Shown here piece after piece: positions 19,812 through 29,089 of a stretch of DNA of 64,000 nucleotides. This DNA is from Patescibacteria group bacterium. Lineage in GTDB: Bacteria; Patescibacteriota; Minisyncoccia; Phycocordibacterales; JBBTRF01. A program made the translations under genes and the position numbers. A model generated the notes under the pieces. It was not told the DNA's origin, searched no databases, and saw only the letters and a list, made by a program, of their open reading frames with translations. Each line of letters starts with the position of its first letter. The stretch's first letter is position 1. The DNA lies in the NCBI GenBank assembly GCA_038065315.1, contig JBBTRF010000001.1, positions 528,458 through 592,457 of the forward strand, read 5' to 3'.

Positions 19812-22517
19812 ATGAAATCACACTTTGCATACAAATGGTTAGCGGGCGGAATCATGGTACTGCTTTTGACCTGTTCAGTATTTGCGGGCGTCGTCTCCGC
19901 ACAGACAGAGGGTACCAACGAGACAGCGCCGCCGGTAGCACCAGCGACACAACCGGAAGAGGGCACGGACGAAACAGCGCCGCCGGCGCCCCCAGCTAAT
20001 CCAAACGCCGATACCGACTCACTCGAGCAGACATCGAATACCAACCCCCTCTCGAACCAAAACCCTAACGCGGCCACCGATGCGTTTGAGCAGAGCTCTG
20101 GAAATACTTCGGCAAATAGTGCGAGTCAGAATCCAACCGATCCAAAGCAGGCTGGTGGAAGCGGGGACAAGGAAACAGCTTTCGCGTGGCGAATGCTGAA
20201 TCCATACTATTTTATTCCTGCAGGAATGCGAATACTCGGCAATACAATCCTCATGCTTTTTGGTTGGGTGCTCGGCTTGGTTGGCCTGATCTTCAACTTC
20301 ATCATCGATAAAACGATCGTCAATCTAAAGACGACCATCGATAGCCTCGGTGTCATCACCGACATTTGGAAAGTGATCCGAGATTTCATCAACCTCTTCT
20401 TCATTTTCGCATTGCTGTACGCCGCGGTAGGTACGATACTCGGCCTAGACAAAGTGGATTGGAAAAAAACCGTTGGCAACTTGGTGTTGGCAGCGCTCCT
20501 GATCAACTTCAGCCTTTTCATTACCAAAGCCGCTCTCGACCTTTCCAACATTGTCACTATCGGCTTCTATAGCCAACTTCCAGGGGTAGGGGTAGTGTCG
20601 ACCAACCCGACTCAGAACCAATCGCATGCCGGCGGTATTTCCAATAGCATCATGCAGTCCCTGAAATTGGAAACGATCTACAAACCAAACTACACCGGAA
20701 CAGTACAGGGAGATACCGCCAATAGTCCAGTGACTGCCTTCGCCTACATCCTCTCCACCGTCATGGGCAGCATTTTCATCTGCGTCACTATTGTGGTGAT
20801 GGTCGCAGCATGCTGGCTCTTCCTCAAGCGATTCATCGATATTATCTTCCTCATGATCCGTTCGCCGATCGCTTTTGCCGGCCTCGTCCTCCCACAGCTA
20901 GATGAATATCAAAGCAACTGGTGGAAGGAGCTGAAGGCAAACATGCTGTTCCCACCGGTGTACATGGCGATGATGTGGATCACCTTCAAGATCCTCCAGA
21001 GCCCGGGCTTCCAAACAGTCGCTCCTGGCGTTGACGGCTTCTCTGGACTCTTCTCGACTCTGAGCGGTACCACCGTGAACATCGTCTTCCGCTTTATCGT
21101 CGTGATCGCCATGATGGTCTACGCGCTCAAGAGTGCTGGAAAAGTCGGCGTGGAGGGTGGCGAAGTGTTCAACGACTTCCTCAAGAAGAAGCGTGGGCAA
21201 TTGGCCGGTGTTGTGGGCCGAAATACTGCTGGTCGCGCCGCTGCATGGGCGCAGGACAAAAATAGTTCTGTCGGTCAGGCGTTGCGAAAATTGGAATCTG
21301 TACCAATCATTGGCTCTGCTACGAGCAAGGCAATCACCGGTAGCCTAAAGGATGTTTCCGGTGCCGGATTCGGCGGAGCAAAAGGTGGCTTTGATGCGGC
21401 AGTGAAGGCAGAGGCAAAATATGCGAAGGAAGGATACACACGAGTAGGAGAGAAAGCGGAGTTCAGGGAGCGTGCACCGATCAAGCCGGATGAACCGACT
21501 CGAAAGGAGGGCGAGACCAATACTTCTTTCATAAACAGGAGAAGTGTCTATGATGAAAAGGTAAAAGAGTACGAGGAAGCGAATGTAGATTATACCTCCC
21601 GAAAAGAAACCTTCGAGGAAAAACAGAAGGAAAATGCTGAGGCCCGTCAGAAGCAATTCCGTGGAAATTACGAAAAGACATCTCTCTTCCAGAAGAACCG
21701 AGACTCAGACAAGCCGATCTTTGCGGAAAATCAGGCAGCGTTAGAAGCGATTGACAAGGATATTAAAGAAAATGACAAGAAAAAGCAAAAGACCGAAAAG
21801 GCAAAAGCGGACCTAGAACGCATCAAGGCTGAACAAGCAGAAGCAGAGGAGGGGATGCTTGAATCCTACAGAGCGTACGCAGAGGCTGCGGCCCCAGTGG
21901 CGCCGACCCAGGAAGCTGGTGAGACTGATGCCGTGTTCACAAATCGAAAGCTCGACTATCAAACAAGCAAGGCTGCGCACGAGACAGCAACAGCCCGCCT
22001 TACCTCACTATTGAAGGAGAAGTTTGATGACATCACCGACGACGCAGTGAGAGCCGAAAAGATCAGGGAGAATAAACAGGCGGTCAAAAATGTTCTCGAC
22101 GGAATGAAGGCTCTCGAAAACAGCAAGGCTGCGCAGGAGGAAGCGGAAATTGCCGAAAAAGAAGCCCGCATGAAGGCTATCGAGATTGAGCTTAAGGGTC
22201 TAGACGAAGAAAAGCGCACAAAAGAGAAGCCGACCACCGAAGCAAATATCTTAAGGTTGCAGGGAGAATTGGTAGCAGCAACTCGGTCGGTGAGAGCCAT
22301 GGAACGAAACCCTGAAAAGCGTACGGGTCACTTAAGAACCGCTGAGTCGCGTAGAAGTGAGGCTGCCACAAAGCGTGAACAGGTGATCACTCGAGAAAAT
22401 CAAATACTTCAGGAAGAAAAACTCGATTCACTCGGAAAAGATCTCGGGGATGTGAAAGAAAAGACCAGTAAGAAAGATGAAGACGGTGGGGGAGGCAAGA
22501 AAGAGGAGAAGAAGTAG
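19812..22517 (+). CDS. VirB6/TrbL-like polytopic T4SS membrane protein with Pro-rich N-terminal repeats and long C-terminal K/E-rich coiled-coil
   Basis: It has a signal peptide and imperfect EGT[ND]ETAPP repeats, then about 6-7 TM helices (for example ILGNTILMLFGWVLGLVGLIFNFII and FICVTIVVMVAACWLFL). A C-terminal K/E-rich predicted coiled-coil of about 350 aa follows. It lies 2 nt after the previous gene. Confidence 0.5.
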   Translation: MKSHFAYKWLAGGIMVLLLTCSVFAGVVSAQTEGTNETAPPVAPATQPEEGTDETAPPAPPANPNADTDSLEQTSNTNPLSNQNPNAATDAFEQSSGNTSANSASQNPTDPKQAGGSGDKETAFAWRMLNPYYFIPAGMRILGNTILMLFGWVLGLVGLIFNFIIDKTIVNLKTTIDSLGVITDIWKVIRDFINLFFIFALLYAAVGTILGLDKVDWKKTVGNLVLAALLINFSLFITKAALDLSNIVTIGFYSQLPGVGVVSTNPTQNQSHAGGISNSIMQSLKLETIYKPNYTGTVQGDTANSPVTAFAYILSTVMGSIFICVTIVVMVAACWLFLKRFIDIIFLMIRSPIAFAGLVLPQLDEYQSNWWKELKANMLFPPVYMAMMWITFKILQSPGFQTVAPGVDGFSGLFSTLSGTTVNIVFRFIVVIAMMVYALKSAGKVGVEGGEVFNDFLKKKRGQLAGVVGRNTAGRAAAWAQDKNSSVGQALRKLESVPIIGSATSKAITGSLKDVSGAGFGGAKGGFDAAVKAEAKYAKEGYTRVGEKAEFRERAPIKPDEPTRKEGETNTSFINRRSVYDEKVKEYEEANVDYTSRKETFEEKQKENAEARQKQFRGNYEKTSLFQKNRDSDKPIFAENQAALEAIDKDIKENDKKKQKTEKAKADLERIKAEQAEAEEGMLESYRAYAEAAAPVAPTQEAGETDAVFTNRKLDYQTSKAAHETATARLTSLLKEKFDDITDDAVRAEKIRENKQAVKNVLDGMKALENSKAAQEEAEIAEKEARMKAIEIELKGLDEEKRTKEKPTTEANILRLQGELVAATRSVRAMERNPEKRTGHLRTAESRRSEAATKREQVITRENQILQEEKLDSLGKDLGDVKEKTSKKDEDGGGGKKEEKK

Positions 22518-22529
22518 CACGATTACATC

Positions 22530-23126
22530 ATGGCAAAAAAATCAATACAAACTGTCGCAGAAATGAAAAGCTATTTTGATAGCCTTCCTTCTGATATCCG
22601 TGATGTGTTGACGGATGAACGCCTGGACAAGGAAATTACCCAATATTGCAAGGAGAGTGGCGTGGGGAATGTTGGCAAGGTATTGATAGACTTAACCACA
22701 TCTACCTTGATGGCTATTCAGCCGATCAAAGGATTTGTTGGACGAATCGCCCAAGCTGCGAACATTCCGACATCAGTTGCTCAAAAAATCGCCAACGAGA
22801 TCAACGAAAACATCTTCCGGCCGGTCCGACAGTCACTCATCAAGATCCACGAGATCCCGCCCAACGAACAGGCGCAGATCCCCGCAGTAGAGCCGCACTT
22901 CGAACACCTCCTCGAAATCCATGCACCGAGCATGATCGCGCTCGCGAAGCCAGCGGCAGCCAAAGTAGCACCAGTCGTGCAACAAACATCACCCATGCGC
23001 CCACCAGCGACACAGGTCGCTCCCAAAACCCTCGCGGAACAGAAGATGAGCCGTCCGACCAGCCTGCCGCCCCAAATTTCTCGCACCAGCAACGAGCCGG
23101 ACCCGTACCGCGAGCCGATCGCTTAG
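22530..23126 (+). CDS. hypothetical soluble protein in T4SS-like cluster
   Basis: 198-aa ORF with no TM segment. Confidence 0.4.
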   Translation: MAKKSIQTVAEMKSYFDSLPSDIRDVLTDERLDKEITQYCKESGVGNVGKVLIDLTTSTLMAIQPIKGFVGRIAQAANIPTSVAQKIANEINENIFRPVRQSLIKIHEIPPNEQAQIPAVEPHFEHLLEIHAPSMIALAKPAAAKVAPVVQQTSPMRPPATQVAPKTLAEQKMSRPTSLPPQISRTSNEPDPYREPIA

Positions 23127-23180
23127 GTCGTCGCTGCGCAGGTGCGTCGGCATTTCTCAAGGCTGCGGTATAATATCTAC

Positions 23181-23630
23181 ATGCGATTTCAAGTTCCACA
23201 ATTCATCGAGGTGGAGGACAAAATCATTGGTCCGCTGACCATCAAGCAATTCATCTACATCGCCGGTGGGGCAGGTATGTGCTTTGTGCTCATCCGTTAC
23301 CTTGGACTGCTCTTCGGCATCATGGCAGCCCTCCCGGTGGGTGCCTTTGCCCTCGCCCTCGCTTTCTACCACCCAAACGAACGCCAAACCTTCATTCTTT
23401 TCGTCGAAAACGTCTTCAAATATTTCGTTGGCAAAAAACTCTATATCTGGAAGAAGCAGGACAAGAAGCCGGTAGCTAGGACAACCGAGGAGCGCGAGGC
23501 GAGTAGTGATCTCGATAATCTCTACGTACCCCGCCTCGCCGACAGCAAGCTGAAAGACATGACCTGGAGCCTGGATGTAAAGACCAAGGAGCTCGCCAAC
23601 CCCGTCACGAAGAACAACAAACAAGTATAA
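23181..23630 (+). CDS. PrgI/VirB3-like small membrane protein
   Basis: MRFQVPQFIEVEDKIIGPLTIKQFIYIAGGAGMCFVLIRYLGLLFGIMAALPVGAFALALAF is the PrgI-family pattern (two TM helices). The ATG at 23181 is preferred over the listed 23142. Confidence 0.45.
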   Translation: MRFQVPQFIEVEDKIIGPLTIKQFIYIAGGAGMCFVLIRYLGLLFGIMAALPVGAFALALAFYHPNERQTFILFVENVFKYFVGKKLYIWKKQDKKPVARTTEEREASSDLDNLYVPRLADSKLKDMTWSLDVKTKELANPVTKNNKQV

Positions 23631-23654
23631 TCGGGTATAATAGAGCAAAGTACC

Positions 23655-24287
23655 ATGGCCCTCACCAAATCCGCACCAAGCCAACAATTTGTCCCTCTCA
23701 AAGAGGTGAGGGATGGCATTGCTATTCTGAAAGACGGCTCGATGCGCGCACTTCTTCTCACCTCATCGCTCAACTTCGCACTTAAATCCGCGGAGAGTCA
23801 GGAAGCGATCATCTACCAATTCCAAAACTTTCTCAATTCGCTCGACTTCACCGTGCAGATCTTCGTGTCTTCACGCCGCCTCGACATTCGCCCATACATT
23901 GCCCTCCTTGAAAACCGCTACAAGGAACAAACAGGGGAGCTGCTGCGCCTCCAGACCCGCGAATACATTGAATTCATCAAGAAATTCACCGAGTCGGCCA
24001 ATATCATGACGAAAAGCTTCTTCGTCGTCGTGCCGTACGGTTCGGCCGTACTCAACAAAAACAGTGCTTCTGGCCTATTCAGCAAAAAAGATAAGCAAAA
24101 AGAAACGGCTCAGAAAAGTGAGGCTTTCGAGGAGGCGAAATCGCAGATCCAACAGCGTGTGAGCGTGGTGGAGCAGGGGCTCACGCGCGTCGGTATTCGC
24201 GTGGCACAGCTGGGAACCGAAGAGATCATCGAGCTCTTCTACAAGATCTTTAATCCCGGTGAAACGGACAAGCCGATTCAGCTATAA
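23655..24287 (+). CDS. hypothetical protein, T4SS-like cluster
   Basis: 210-aa soluble ORF immediately upstream of virB4-like. Confidence 0.4.
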   Translation: MALTKSAPSQQFVPLKEVRDGIAILKDGSMRALLLTSSLNFALKSAESQEAIIYQFQNFLNSLDFTVQIFVSSRRLDIRPYIALLENRYKEQTGELLRLQTREYIEFIKKFTESANIMTKSFFVVVPYGSAVLNKNSASGLFSKKDKQKETAQKSEAFEEAKSQIQQRVSVVEQGLTRVGIRVAQLGTEEIIELFYKIFNPGETDKPIQL

Positions 24288-24295
24288 TCAATCCC

Positions 24296-26146
24296 ATGGG
24301 ACTTTTCTCAAACATATTCAACAAGAAGGGGGGCGGGGATGCCGAGATGAAGGCGTCGATTTTGCCGCAGGATATCTACAATGCTGCTGCCCTCGACCTG
24401 AAAGATGTCATCGCTCCTTCTGCGCTCAAGGTGAGCCCTCGTTCGCTCAACCTCGGCGAAAAGCTCGTCCGCACGTTCTTTGTCATTTCGTACCCTCGAT
24501 ACCTCTCCGAAGGTTGGTTTTCGCCGATCATCAACCTCGACAAGATCTTCGATATTTCTATTTTTATTCACCCAATCGACACCGCGCAAGTACTCCGCCA
24601 ATTCCAGAAAAAGGTGGCTGAGGTATCGAGCCAGATTCACGGCCGCGAGCGCAAAGGTCTCGTCCGCGACCCAATGCTCGACACCGCATACCAAGACCTC
24701 GAATCGCTTCGTGACAATCTCATGCAAGCCCAAGAAAAACTCTTTGATGTCGGTCTCTATATCTCTATCTACGGCGACACGGAGCAAGATCTCGACAAGA
24801 TCGAGAGCGAAATCAAGTCGATCCTCGAAGCGAAACTTATCTACCTCCGCCCAGCACTCTTCCAGCAAGAGCAGGGCTTGCGTAGCGTATTACCAATCGC
24901 AACCGACGAGCTGAACGTGCTTTCGAAACTCAATTCATCGCCGCTCTCCAGCCTTTTCCCGTTCACCTCTTTCGACCTCACTTCTGACAAAGGCATTTTG
25001 TATGGCATCAACCGCCACAACTCTTCACTCGTGCTTTTCGACCGTTTCTCCCTCGAAAACTACAACTCCATTACCTTCGCGAAGTCCGGTTCTGGAAAAT
25101 CATACTGTACGAAGCTCGAAATTCTTCGAACACTGATGTTTGACACCGAGGTGATCGTCATCGACCCAGAAAAAGAATACGAGTACATGGCCCAGGCCAC
25201 GGGAGGAAAGTACTTCAACATCTCGCTCAATTCGCCGCACCACATTAACCCTTTCGACCTGCCGACACCGCGCGAGGATGAATCCGCGGCAGACGTGCTC
25301 CGCTCAAACATCATCAACCTGGTGGGTATTTTCCGTATCATGCTTAGTGGCCTCACTCCGGAGGAGGACGCGATCATCGACCGCGCCATCACTGAAACCT
25401 ACGCACTCAAAGACATCACCCCCGATGCCGACCTCACCAAAGTCGAGGCGCCGCTCATGTCCGACTTTGAGCTCGTGCTCGCCGGCATGCAGGGAGCGGA
25501 GTCACTCGTGCAACGCCTCACCAAATACACCCGCGGCACTTGGTCGGGCTTCCTCAACAAGCCAACCAACGTTGACATCAACAACAAATTCATCGTCTTC
25601 TCCCTCCGCGACATGGAAGAGGAGCTCAAGCCGGTAGCGATGTACATTGTCACACACTTCATTTGGAACGCGGTGCGCAAAAATCTCCGCAAGCGCCTGC
25701 TCGTGATCGACGAGGCATGGTGGATGATGAAGTCCGAAGATACGGCTTCATTCCTGCTTAGTTTGGCAAAACGAGGCCGAAAATACTATCTCGGACTCGC
25801 TACCATCACCCAGGACGTGGACGACTTTTTGAAGTCTCCGTACGGCTTGCCGATTATCACCAACTCTTCCATTCAGATCCTCTTGAAACAGTCGCCGACC
25901 TCGATCGACAAGCTCCAAGCGACCTTCAACCTCACCGACGAGGAAAAATTCTTGCTCCTCGAATCCAGTGTCGGCGAAGGTCTCTTCTTCGTGGGCCTAA
26001 AACATGTCGCGATCAAGATTATTGCCTCATACACCGAGGACCAGATCATCACTTCCGACCCATCGCAGATTTTGGCCATCCAGAAGGCCAAGGCCGAACT
26101 TTCTGCGAGCACCGACGGGAGAGAGGGCGGGGGAGCGGCGAAATAA
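24296..26146 (+). CDS. VirB4/TrbE/CagE-like type IV secretion ATPase
   Basis: Walker A ITFAKSGSGKSYCT and Walker B-like VIVIDPEKEY...LLVIDEAWWMM (AAA_10/DUF87-like architecture). Length is 616 aa. Confidence 0.8.
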   Translation: MGLFSNIFNKKGGGDAEMKASILPQDIYNAAALDLKDVIAPSALKVSPRSLNLGEKLVRTFFVISYPRYLSEGWFSPIINLDKIFDISIFIHPIDTAQVLRQFQKKVAEVSSQIHGRERKGLVRDPMLDTAYQDLESLRDNLMQAQEKLFDVGLYISIYGDTEQDLDKIESEIKSILEAKLIYLRPALFQQEQGLRSVLPIATDELNVLSKLNSSPLSSLFPFTSFDLTSDKGILYGINRHNSSLVLFDRFSLENYNSITFAKSGSGKSYCTKLEILRTLMFDTEVIVIDPEKEYEYMAQATGGKYFNISLNSPHHINPFDLPTPREDESAADVLRSNIINLVGIFRIMLSGLTPEEDAIIDRAITETYALKDITPDADLTKVEAPLMSDFELVLAGMQGAESLVQRLTKYTRGTWSGFLNKPTNVDINNKFIVFSLRDMEEELKPVAMYIVTHFIWNAVRKNLRKRLLVIDEAWWMMKSEDTASFLLSLAKRGRKYYLGLATITQDVDDFLKSPYGLPIITNSSIQILLKQSPTSIDKLQATFNLTDEEKFLLLESSVGEGLFFVGLKHVAIKIIASYTEDQIITSDPSQILAIQKAKAELSASTDGREGGGAAK

Positions 26147-26173
26147 TCCTGCGCACGGGCGCATACCACTACC

Positions 26174-26683
26174 ATGGCAGCCAAAAAACCTGAACCCATC
26201 ACCAATCTCGGCTGGTTTTTCCTTATTGCCTTTACCATTTTTGTCGACATTTTGCAGATCGTGCTAGACCTAGCTTTTGGTGCCGGTGTCATCGCAAATC
26301 GTATCATCGATGTGGGGTTTGCTTTTGCCCTCCTCCTTATTTTTCACCTAAAAGACATTCCTCTCACGCCGGCGCAATACGCCAGCATCGCCGCGGCTTT
26401 TGTCGGCGAAGAAATTCCAGCTCTGGACGCTCTCCCCATGTGGACATTAGATGTCGTGTATATTTGCGCAAGCATCAAGGGCCAGGAAGTCGCCGAGAAA
26501 GCAGGGGTGGCAGGAAAGGTGGCAGTGATGGCTCTGAAAGCTGCAAAGAAAGCTGACGGTAAAGAGCTGTTTACCGATGAGCAAGGAGCCCTCTCCGGAG
26601 GAACTGAATCAAAATTACCCTTATCAACCCCCGAACACCTCCCGACCAACACCGTAGACCTTCGACCATCCGGAAAAGCCTAA
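26174..26683 (+). CDS. polytopic membrane protein, hypothetical (T4SS-like cluster)
   Basis: 3-4 predicted TM helices (WFFLIAFTIFVDILQIVLDLAFGAGVIANRIIDVGFAFALLLIF). Confidence 0.45.
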   Translation: MAAKKPEPITNLGWFFLIAFTIFVDILQIVLDLAFGAGVIANRIIDVGFAFALLLIFHLKDIPLTPAQYASIAAAFVGEEIPALDALPMWTLDVVYICASIKGQEVAEKAGVAGKVAVMALKAAKKADGKELFTDEQGALSGGTESKLPLSTPEHLPTNTVDLRPSGKA

Positions 26684-26736
26684 TATTACGAAAGTTATTC
26701 ACTCCGACCGCCGGACCTTTGTGATAAAATAGAGCA

Positions 26737-27954
26737 ATGAGATCTCCCAATGTTCTCACCTATGCCATTGCATCTTTTTGCCTATGTGTCATTTCTCTAT
26801 GGGGGATCGGCACTATCTCAATCGCCACCGCAGACGCCCAAGCAGCTGGCTCAGGGGCCGGAACAGCAACAACCTCGGCCTCATCAGCAAGCTCCACCCC
26901 CCAGGAGGATGCGCTTGACGCCCTGCTAAAACAGCTCACTGCCACTTCGAGCATTCCGGACTATCTGAAAAATGCCAAGCCACCCACGGAAGCGGACATT
27001 CCTGAGTTGCCCGAAGAGTTTAAAAAAGCACCACTCAATGTCGTCTTGAATCCGGAATATCCAGCAGCCTTCCAAGATGTCGTGGCGAGTGTCGACAGCT
27101 ACTCTGCAGATATGGATCGCAGTACGATCACCTGGTCGCTCAATGGCAAAGTGCTACAAAAGGGTATTGGTGCCAAAAATTTCCGCTTCAAAGCCGGGAA
27201 GAATGGTAGCTACACCACACTCACTGTGTCGATCCTCGCAAACGGCATCACGAGCACGCAAAATCTCAGCATCACTCCTGCCACCGTCGACCTGCTCTGG
27301 CAATCTGATTCTTACGTCCCACCTTTCTACAAAGGTAAGGCTCTTTTCTCTCACCAGAGCGGCATTAAGGTTGTGGCCGTACCAAACATCTTTACCAAAG
27401 ATGGCGTGTTGATCCCGAGCTCAAAGCTCATCTACCGATGGAAGCTCGACAAGGAGTTTGTCGCAGCCGCATCGGGCGTCGGCAAAAATATTGTTACTTT
27501 CAGAGATGGAATACCGGTAAATGAGAAGCAGATAAGTGTCGAGGTATCAACGGCAGACACGAGCGTAAAGACAGTTGGGCAAATCTTCCTACATAGTGTT
27601 GGCACTGCACCGGTCTTGTACCAAGACACCCCGCTCACCGGCATTTCGTATGAACGCGCCCTGCCAAGCAGCCTGAACCTCGCTGATTCCGAAATGAAGT
27701 TGGTGATCGAACCATACTTTTTCTCTGTGAAGAGCCGTGATAGTAACAATCTGTACTATTCCTGGTCACTGAATGGCAAAAATGTTCCCGATGTCACCCG
27801 TAGCAGTATCGTTTTTAAAGTACCTGACACCGAGAAGGGAAGTGCTCAGGTGAATGTCGAGCTCCGTCAGCCGACCAAAGTCTTCCAGACCAATGCCACC
27901 GCTCTTATTATCAATTTTGTGAGTCCCGGCAGTGCCAGCAAATCACTCTTTTAA
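26737..27954 (+). CDS. secreted hypothetical protein
   Basis: Signal peptide (LCVISLWGIGTISIATADA) followed by a beta-rich body. Confidence 0.45.
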   Translation: MRSPNVLTYAIASFCLCVISLWGIGTISIATADAQAAGSGAGTATTSASSASSTPQEDALDALLKQLTATSSIPDYLKNAKPPTEADIPELPEEFKKAPLNVVLNPEYPAAFQDVVASVDSYSADMDRSTITWSLNGKVLQKGIGAKNFRFKAGKNGSYTTLTVSILANGITSTQNLSITPATVDLLWQSDSYVPPFYKGKALFSHQSGIKVVAVPNIFTKDGVLIPSSKLIYRWKLDKEFVAAASGVGKNIVTFRDGIPVNEKQISVEVSTADTSVKTVGQIFLHSVGTAPVLYQDTPLTGISYERALPSSLNLADSEMKLVIEPYFFSVKSRDSNNLYYSWSLNGKNVPDVTRSSIVFKVPDTEKGSAQVNVELRQPTKVFQTNATALIINFVSPGSASKSLF

Positions 27955-27957
27955 TCC

Positions 27958-29088
27958 ATGACTATGAGTACTCTCAACAGAATAAGGAATGTCTTGGTAC
28001 TTGCGAGTGCATTCCTTCTACTTGCCAGCACTGTAGCCCCGATGAGTGTCTTTGCGGCTTTTGCGGGCGAAAAAGACTATGTCCTTTTGGCACCGATTCC
28101 CGGAACATACAACGAGGGAAGTTGCGCGGCAGGTACGATCAATACCTACAACGCCGGCGGCGCTTTTAGTGGCAACGGCGCGGGTACCATAAACTGCACA
28201 ACGGATTTTGTTACGTATCTCAAAGGTTTTTTCCGCCTCGTGATCTCACTTTCATCGATTATTGCCGTACTTGTGATCACCTTCGAGGGCTTCAAGTTGG
28301 CCATCTCTACGAGCGAAGGTGCTCGCGAGACGGCTAAAGAACGGATCGAACAGGCCCTTATTGGTCTCGGCCTCGTCCTTGGTTCATATCTCATTTTGAA
28401 CACGATCAATCCGCAGCTCACGAAAATTAACTTTTATGTCGACAAGATTTCCGATGCGGGACTTACCGGTTCGTCAGCTTTTCTGCAGGATGGGTTGAGT
28501 CAGGCTCTGGTAAATGAACGCGAGCAGGCGGCCTTCGCGGCACGCTCTGAAGCTTCGAGAGTTGCCAATGAGGCATTCAGCGCAGCAGTGACACCACTTC
28601 GAACAGAGCTTGCGGCACTTAAAGCAGAGTGTGAAAATGAACCAGCCGAAACAGAGGCTGAGTGTCTCTTGGGAAATGCTGGGAGAATACAAGAGTTGGA
28701 AGATCAGATTAAGGTTGCCGAAATTTCCACCGATAAGCAGGCGGCAATTAATATTATCCAGACTCTCGGCGACACACAATTCAATCAGCTGGTGAAGCCG
28801 ATCGAAAAAACCGATGACCGTTTGGCGGATATTGCCCAAATGAGAAATCTTGCAAAGCTGCAGATTGCCACGGTAAAAAATGAGACCCAAGCGCGTGTGG
28901 CAGATTTGATCGCAAAAGGGCGAGGGGAGGATGCTGCGGCGGTGCTCGCTGAATCAAATAAAGTTATTGCTGATATGAATGCCAAAATAGAGCATCGTGT
29001 ACGCTGTCCTTACTCAGACTATAACGTCCAAGCTGTTTCAGGAGGTAGTGTGGGAGGTGCCGCACCAAATATAACACCCTGTTATTAA
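27958..29088 (+). CDS. pilin-like protein with VirB2/TrbC-type topology plus coiled-coil C-terminal extension
   Basis: A signal peptide and a Cys-containing segment come first. Then two hydrophobic helices (FFRLVISLSSIIAVLVITF / ALIGLGLVLGSYLILNTI) are separated by a short polar loop, as in T4SS pilins. A long helical tail follows. Confidence 0.4.
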   Translation: MTMSTLNRIRNVLVLASAFLLLASTVAPMSVFAAFAGEKDYVLLAPIPGTYNEGSCAAGTINTYNAGGAFSGNGAGTINCTTDFVTYLKGFFRLVISLSSIIAVLVITFEGFKLAISTSEGARETAKERIEQALIGLGLVLGSYLILNTINPQLTKINFYVDKISDAGLTGSSAFLQDGLSQALVNEREQAAFAARSEASRVANEAFSAAVTPLRTELAALKAECENEPAETEAECLLGNAGRIQELEDQIKVAEISTDKQAAINIIQTLGDTQFNQLVKPIEKTDDRLADIAQMRNLAKLQIATVKNETQARVADLIAKGRGEDAAAVLAESNKVIADMNAKIEHRVRCPYSDYNVQAVSGGSVGGAAPNITPCY

Positions 29089-29089
29089 C

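Noticed and set aside
19900-20100. Tandem-looking nucleotide repeats at the 5' end of the VirB6-like gene and Gly-codon repeats at 3100-3160, 49130-49200, 62700-62900
   Set aside because: They are in-frame coding low-complexity segments (EGT[ND]ETAPP repeats; RGG/GGS tracts), not non-coding repeat arrays.
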